Shown piece after piece: positions 53,101 to 62,100 of a DNA stretch of 64,000 bases. Every line of letters starts with the position of its first letter. Position 1 is the first letter of the stretch. The stretch lies in the NCBI RefSeq assembly GCF_037042905.1, contig NC_087246.1, positions 806,001 through 870,000 of the forward strand, read 5' to 3'. Both the position numbers and the translations under genes were made by a program. The DNA comes from Lytechinus pictus (lineage: Eukaryota). The notes under the pieces are model-generated. The model did not search any database, was not told the DNA's origin, and saw nothing but the letters and a program-made list of their open reading frames with translations.

Positions 53101-56100
53101 TTTTGATGTATTTTTTCTTTGCAATTTATATATATCAAGTCAAATGGGTTTCCTTTTTGCTTGGACACACTGTATTCTGTCTGTACTTGAGTTTCCTGCT
53201 ACATGTGCTGTTGTTGGTTTATTCACTTTTAAGATCTATAATGTTTGTGCTGGGTTTTTGTATGTTTTGGCCCTCTTTCCAGGTCATTTCACAGAAATCT
53301 GTTCTCTATCAAATGACTCAAATGTTGCTTCTTAAATGCCTGAATGTGTGTTTTATCTCTATAGCCTTCATGTTTGAATGAATGTTTACTGTATTGCAGG
53401 GCTCTTTTGAAAGGTTGGATGCATTTAGCATGGAGCTGTGTTTTATAGCTCCATGCCTTTAGGATATTTAAAAATAATTCTTTCATAATTATAATAATAA
53501 TAATAATAGCTGGATTTATATAGTGCTTTTTGCCTGAGGGATATAAAGTTCTTGCTCTTATTACCGTGGCTTTAGCTCGAGCTACCATCAACGGCAATCA
53601 GTGCATGCAAGGAATTAATCCTGTTGGCGGTACCCATTCACCTCACCTGGGTCAAGTGCAGCACAGTGTGGATAAATTTCTTGCTGAAGGAACATATGCT
53701 ATGGCGAGGATTCAAACCCACTACCCTTTGTTTGAAAGGCAAGAGTCAGAACCACTAGATTAATATTGGCAATATTCATTGTACCTGTTTTTTTTTCATC
53801 TGAAATTAAAGTATTGGCATTTTTAATACATTGAACTTGATTACTTGCATCTTGTAAAGTTATGAACACAAAAGTGTTCTTTAAAAAAATTGAATATGTA
53901 GGAAATCATAAAGACATTGTTGATAAAAGTTAATTCCTTATTTTCTTTCTCTTTTATCAATTATCTACAGAATTTCATTTGGGTGCTGTGGGAGATTCAC
54001 TTCAGCGGAAATCATGTCGTTCTGTCTCTCTGTAATGCTTGTATTCCTGTGGGTAATGACAGGTCATTGGTTACTAATGGATGGTAAGAATGCTCTCAAT
54101 TTAACCCCTCCCCCATCACCACCTCACACACACACGTATGCACGCACACCCACACTTTAGCGGAAATCATGTCGTTCTGTCTCTCTGTAATGCTTGTATT
54201 CCTGCGGGTAATGACAGGTCATTGGTTACTAATGGATGGTAAGAATGCTCTCAATTTAACCCCTCCCCCATCACCACCTCACACACACACGTATGCACGC
54301 ACACCCACACTTTAGCGGAAATCATGTCGTTCTGTCTCTCTGTAATGCTTGTATTCCTGTGGGTAATGACAGGTCATTGGTTACTAATGGATGGTAAGAA
54401 TGCTCTCAATTTAACCCCCCCCCCCCCCACCACCACCTCACACACACACACGTATGCACGCACACCCACACTTTAGCGGAATTCATGTCGTTCTGTCTCT
54501 CTGTAATGCTTGTATTCCTGTGGGTAATGACAGGTCATTGGTTACTAATGGATGGTAAGAAATAGAATGCTCTCAATTTAACCCCCCCCCCCACCACCTC
54601 ACTCACACACACACACCCAGACACCCCCATGAGCTCTGCCATGACTGGTTGTTACTTCTGAATGGTAAGAATTACAAACAATATTTTCAAGAAACATCTT
54701 CTTGATTGCTACCTCCCACTCTGCCTAGAAGAGAAAGAAACTCACACACACACACACACCTTCACCCACAAACCCTCCCTCACACACTTCACTGAACACA
54801 CTAGCTGGGTCACTTTGGTACAACTCGTTGAGTACCAGTACTCATGGATAGCAAGATTTACACTCAAAATCTTCATGAATACACTCCCTTCTTTGATTAT
54901 CTCCTCCTACCTCATCTTCATTCACACCCACACCATGAATTAAAAAGGCTTTGGATGTTGCGGATCCGACACCCCTTTTGAGCCAACAAATCGGAGTCGG
55001 AAGACGGTGACTAGCATGGAATGTATTTCTTTATTCGTATACAACAGATCCCGTAGGTGGTGTATATACGCTTAGACAGACATCTCCATTATATAAGCCT
55101 CGCCCTAAACATGGCGTCGTTTACAAAGCCACGTCAGCATGCCCATATCTAAGCCGTCTAAGACATGGCTATGCCAACGCCAACACGTATAGCGCCCACT
55201 GGCAAACGGTCTTGTTGGCTGCTTTTTCAAGTGTGTCAATGGACTATAAAGTGGGTGTTGCCCGCCGTATCACTAAAAATGACTAACATGACTAACTGGT
55301 ATTCGTGCAATCCTCTAACAAAATAGTTCCACTTTCAAATCAAAAACATAATTAACAATTCTGTGGAACTGATCAAATATAACAGTTGCGAATCAAGGAC
55401 TCTACAATTTCATTAATACTGGTCCTAATGCAATAATTTCCATTATTATATTTAAGCAGAAATTATAACTCGTTACGGTTCGATTCCAATGACAATTTAC
55501 TCGAATATTCAATTTAATTAATCCGCATTTAGAGCCCGGGTCTACAGTATCCTCAAAAATGGTAGTTTGACACTACAAGGCCTTCATTTTTTAGATCATC
55601 TCTTATAGTCAATACTACAATAACTAATTAATGCTCACTTAGCTTTATATAAACTGTAATTATTAATAGTGTGACTATGGTGTAATGTGATTGCTTCTAG
55701 GCATACCCAATAGCACCTCAGTAGATTGCTTGCTGATAGAGAATAAAGTCATATAATATTCATTGATTGATGCTCTGCTTTTACCCATGTCTAAGGCTTT
55801 GTTCACACATAGGTATGTTAATATAGACTCCTGAAATCAGATTATGTTATCTTAGACACAGTTAATATTTGGTGCATACAGCATCAGTTACTCTCTCAAC
55901 ATCCTATGTTTGAATTGGCTGCCATTTGTTGTTCTTTATTATTATAATTGTGGGCCATCCTGGGAAAATGGGTATTATAGGTGAAATTTTGGATTTTGGT
56001 TTTTTTATTTTTTCTGGTACATGGACACATGTACAATGTGTATACAAAATATTAGAGTCTAATTCATATTTAAATCAGAGATATGGCCAATTGAATCAGG

Positions 56101-59100
56101 GGTACCCCCCCCCCCTGCCTGGCTGTCTGGGTCGTCATGGTAGTCGGGCTTATTATTCATCTTTTCATGATAGGGAAATGTTGGTTCTTTTGTAACGCCC
56201 AACATACCTGGCATAGGCGAGGTGATCTTTTGTAGTGCAGACATAATTTTTATATATACACAGCTAGGCGAATACAATAAAACAAATTATTCTACATATT
56301 CAACCACACCCACACTAGAACCCACACCCACACACTCACATTACATGAAAAAAAAAAACCTTATGGAGACTATTTGTCATACTATATATAGTTCGTCATA
56401 GCGCGTAGTTTTAACATGAGAGGAGGTTCCCAGATCCAATGACCAGGGGAAGATGGGGTTGGGTTATTCATCTGATTTTTTTGTTGTTGGGGGGGGGGGG
56501 GCAGCTTATCATTTTTTTGGGGGGTGCCCACCCCCACAGGCGCCGCAGAACATTTTTTTGAAAATGGGAGGGGCTGTCCATGCAAACAAAAAATCACAAA
56601 CAAATGGTAATTTTTTACATGTTTATACATGCGTTCTGGGGAATAAAAGTGGGGCCAAAGCCCCTGCCCACCTCCATCCTAGATTTGTCCCTGCCCTTAA
56701 CCCCCCCCAAAAAAAAAAAAGAAGACACCACCATGCTGTTTGTCCATACTTCACTTTCTCGCAAAGTAAAATCTTTAAAAAATCATGCTTAAGCTTTGGA
56801 AAATAACCACAAACAAAATTCAATTTTGCAAAACCAAGTTTTTTCGGTGGCAATACACAATAGTGAAAAGCTGATGCGAGCTACATTTCATAAAGATTTA
56901 ATATGACAGCAACTGATGAAATATCAACTTTCATTGAACTAGCGAATCAGGAAGCAGAAGGTTCACTGTTTTCATGGTAGTTTTCATTCGAGCAAGGGAT
57001 CATATCCATATTTAATGAAATGGGCCACATTTGGTTTCTTTTTAGGGATGGGGTAGTCATGAAAATATATTTCACAAATTGCTGCCAAATTATCTGGATC
57101 ACTGAAGGATTTTTTTTAGGGCACTTCGTTTGAAAAGAAGAATAAAACTGTGCATAAAAACTTGGCTCCACATATTAATACGACAGGTATTATAACTAAC
57201 AAATACTCACAAATACATAGTCATCTTTTCTCTGCTACACTCTGTACACGTGTGTAATGATATGCGTTGTAAACATCTTATGCTTGAATAAAAAAATAAT
57301 ATCAGAGTTTAATTCTTGATATGGAAGAGACTACATACATTTACTCTCTTCTATGCAGCAGTATTAGCAAAACTCAGGAATGTGCATCGCTCTCCACTGT
57401 CCAAATTTGCACTAAAAATTATATAATACACGATAATCTCTCCTTAGTGTGTGTGTTTAACATTATCACAAACTTCTTAATACAGCAGCAAACTTACCAC
57501 ATTTCAATTTTCTACAATGACATCCTTCTAATGGGTTAGCAAACGTTACAAATTAAGTTTATTTTTTTTATCGAAAAACTTCAGAGTTTGTTCATTCAAA
57601 GTAAACATGTATTCATTGTTCAATTTCCTCTCCTACCGGGGGAGGCCGCGAGGTGCCTTGTCCTCATCTAAGATCTTTCCATATATCATATTCCCTCTAT
57701 TTGGAAAATCCAGTTGATAGCTTATCTGGGAGTATCTGAGAGACTATGTCAGCAGGGTTCACCAAAGGGGATAATTTTCTTCCTCTGCATTGTTTGCTTT
57801 CTTCATGTTCCAGTCTTAAAAATGCCACGTTCCGATGACTCAAATCTACATGTTTGATGAATGCAATTGAAAAGTTCACCGATATTAATGTGTTATAAAA
57901 ACAGTCACATTACACTCTCATTTCTTCATGATTCATGGACATTTATCAACAACATGATATTTAAAATACATTAACTTTTCACTCTTTGGCTTTGTGTAAA
58001 TGTTACTTGTATTTCTAATAAAGGTGGAAGTACTCCCTGATGTCATATTTTTCTACCAAAAAAGATTTAACTATTGTTGGTTAAAAACATCCCTCCAAAA
58101 TTCATGAGATGATCATATTTAAATGTTTAATTTGATGTATCACTTGCAAAAAGCTTTCTCTGCATGAGCTTTTATCCAAATTCTATATTTTTTTTCATTT
58201 TTTATTGTTTTTATCATTTTATATTTTTTCATATTTTCCATAATTCTAGATTTCATGTACTAATAGTGGTAAAATAAATGTTAAAACAATATCTTATAAA
58301 ACGGCAATTAATTCGTGGAAAAATCGGTTACAACTGACATGATAAAGTAAAAACTGGCACACTATTTCCATATAAAATATGGATAAAGCATGGAAAGCTA
58401 CCTGAAGCTGTGGTAATGGTGAATCCCATAACAGAGTCTTAAAGTACTTCTTGAAGGGCTGCTGTCAGCTGTATGTTGGTTCTGAGATGTCTTGTCCTCA
58501 CTGCACTAATATAGTTGCTCTGTAGATCCCGTGCCTTTAACATGTTTAACACAACGAAAGAAAACAAGGCCAATTAGTTAACAAATTTTCAGAGTTAAAG
58601 TTTATTTAAAAAAAAAAAAATACTTAAGAAAAAAAACAAAAAAAAAAACAAGTAAAACTATAATTTATTTTTATTTTCAAAAATATGTCTTTTCATTTTT
58701 TTTTATAATATTGAATGATTTTGTGTAGAAAGTTGGCGAACCTCATGTAATGTAGCTCGACCAGATTGTAGAAAAAAATAAGAAATACCCCCCACACCCG
58801 CCCCCAAAATATATTGTTATTTTTTAATAAATTTCTTATAAATTGTGACAATCTGGTTTCTAGTTATAATTTCGATATCATTTGCACAGCTTTGGTGAAG
58901 TTCATACCAAATAGACCCCACCCCCTCCGAAAAAAAAAAAATTTGAAATCAGAAGTCCGACAAATAAGAATTTTGTTAGAAGAGGGGATTTGAAAAATGT
59001 CCATAATTAACCGATTTACAAGGGTACTCCGAGCTGAAAATAATTTCATCAAATGTAAGCAAATGCTGCAAATTTCATCAAAATCTGATAACAACTAGAT

Positions 59101-62100
59101 CTAAAAGGGTTTTTCATGCATTATAAAAACAGTTATATGCACGTCTTAAAAAATATTCGTTAGATGGGCTGATGATGACACCCCACTTTAACTTTTCTTA
59201 TAACAAAACATGAAATCATACTTATTTTATTTGGTCATACGTGTGTGAATGATATGTCACCTTTTTGCATTAATTAATATCTAGTCTTGGAGGGGGGGGG
59301 GGGAAAGAACAAACAAAATTTCATGTAACAAGGTGAGACATCTTTGCATCAGTTTGTCAAGTAAATTCATAAAAGCATGCATAGAACTGTTTCACCGAAA
59401 TCCATATCTTTAAATTATCATAGCTCTTTTACTCCTTGTCCAATTTTGATTTTTTTTTATATACATTTTTTACAAACTTGTTGCATGTGATAGATTTAAC
59501 TTAAATGGTTACAAGTATGTAACGGAGGCCTATCTAAGTACGTGCAGATCTAGATCTAGTTGATAGCCTAGGCATACATAAGTTAGATCTTAAAAAGGCC
59601 GTCAAAGTCCCGGACAAATACCGCGAATCGCTGCAGCAGTCGCATGTAATTTGACGTTTAAAGTCGTTCCTAAAAAAAGCTCTCTCTCGATCGATCCACA
59701 TAAACACGCAACACAAAATTCACATTCACGTGTTTAGTTGCCATGTTCCTCGCATCGCAATTATCAATGAATTTAACAAAACAACTCAATCTGCAACATC
59801 ATTTAACTTACCTTCATGGATTTCAGCCAAGGGAATTAAATTCAATCAACATGTATCCGAACCCGCCACCAAATATATCGAGCCGATATCAACAGTTCTG
59901 AAAAATAAAAATGCGCCTGACATTTTTTTTTATTTCCCGCGGGTTGTTTGTTTTGTTTTTCCTCGCGACGCGCGCCAGACAAAAGTTTGATGACACGCGT
60001 ATTTAAATGACGTCCTAGCGCATTTATTGTCTCTCACCAATAGTCTGGTTTTTGCGCGACGCCACACAATTATTATTTTGCATATAGTGGTAATATGTTG
60101 CAAAAACTTATTCATCAAAAGCTGGTTTTTCTCAGGGATTTGAACATACTGTAGAACATTATAAAAAATATATATATATATATACACTGTAATATAAAAC
60201 AAATTATGTTTTGTAATATACTTTTTTTCATTTTCTCCAACTACTATAGCTCTTGCAATGGGTCTATGTGTTACTATGATAGCTTTTGTTCGTTTGCCGA
60301 GTCTCAAAGTCTCAACATTACTCCTGACCGGACTGCTCATCTATGATGTGTTTTGGGTCTTCTTCTCTACGTATATATTTAATGCTAACGTCATGGTGAA
60401 GGTAGCAACCAGGCCTGCAGATAATCCTGTAAGTTGTATTTTTTACTTAGATACATTCTCTTTAAGAATGAGTCCAATTTGATATATATTGATTCTGATA
60501 AAAGCAGACAAATTGAAGGAAAATATCATTGAAGATTCGATGGAATCCATTGTAGAAGAAAACTGAATTCATATGAATATTCCGAGACGTTATTTTGCGT
60601 TGTCGCATACAAGCAGCTCCCCATATCTTTTGTGATATAAATTCCATAAATTTGGTTCAGTTTTCAAATTTTTGTAGTCCAGTCATGATATAGTTATTGT
60701 TTGTAAAATTACAAGGCACTTTGTGAAATATCCCTCAAGGACAATAATTATTAATCTCTACTGTCTTCCAAATGTTACTTTTAATCATTGTGAAAAATTA
60801 GCTACAGGTGTAGATCATTTTCACATCCTTGTCAACCAGGGTATTCTAAGCTATCAGCAATAATTATTAAACTCTTAATCCTGATACTATATACAGTGCG
60901 TCCCAGAAAAAACGAAACCGAGATTTAGCGATGATTTATCATAACTTAATCATAAATAAAATAGACAAATGACCTACCAATGTAAAGCTTAGAATCTCCT
61001 CTTTCATCTGGTATTACATTCACGCATGATTGAGCAAAAACAATTCGAAGAAAGGATGCCAAAAACTCATTTGGCGGGGGGTATCTGAATTTCAAAAAGA
61101 AAATCACATGACTAAAAAGTTCAATATCTTCTCTTTTATTTGATACCTAAATCACAGAAAATGGTCAAGTAGTAAAAAAGTTATGATCCCTCGAAACAAT
61201 GCTTGTATTTCCATAATTTCATTAAATAAACGTGTTTTCACCGGTTTCCCACAGAAGCTATCGCACGGTAACAAAAGACTTAATGCATGACTGATCGTCA
61301 ACAAAACGGAGTGTCGAGTGAGTTTGAACGCTAGCCTGTAAAACCTCTTCATTTTATGAAATTATTGAAATTCAAGCCTTATTTCAATTAGCCAGAATTT
61401 TGTTATTTCTTGACCATTTTCTGTAATTGAGGTATCAAATTAAAGAGCAGATATTGAACTTTTTAAAAATGTGGTTTTCTTTTTAAAACCCAGATACGGC
61501 CCGCCAAGTGACTTTTTGGTATCCCCTTTTCAAATTGTTTTTGCCCACTCATGCGTGAATGAGAAATAATCTAAGTAGTTTCAGATGAAAGAGGAGATTC
61601 TAAGCTTTAAAATGGTAGGTCATTTGTCTATTGTATTTGCGATCAAGTTATGATAAATCATCGATAAATCTCGGTTTCGTTTTTTGTGGGACGCACTGTA
61701 TATCTACAAAGTAAACCTTTAGCAATATTTATGGAGAAATTTGTTTGTGGGTTGTATGTATTTAATCTCTGGATAATAATTGTTGTCATGGATTTTCTTT
61801 GGGACACGTCCAATATGAAATTCTTTGAAAAAAGTCAACTTTGTTTGATAGAAATCACCGGGCTTTAATCAATTAATAAAATAGCTGATAAATCACAATT
61901 TTCATTCTTTGTGTAATAGAAAAATGGTCTCATCCAATTAAATATAACAATTAGGTAGCACTTAACAGCCATTTCAATTTGTAATTACATCAAGACCTAT
62001 GATAGAACCACAGTTGGTATGAAAAAAAAATGATAGCCTATCATTTTGGTATAGGGCCTTAGCCTACCTATAGTGCCTTGAGCTCTTTCACAAAAGTAGA

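Noticed and set aside
59520..60110. CpG-richer block as promoter or separate gene
   Set aside because: No defined termini, ORF homology or splice structure; most likely a transposon remnant
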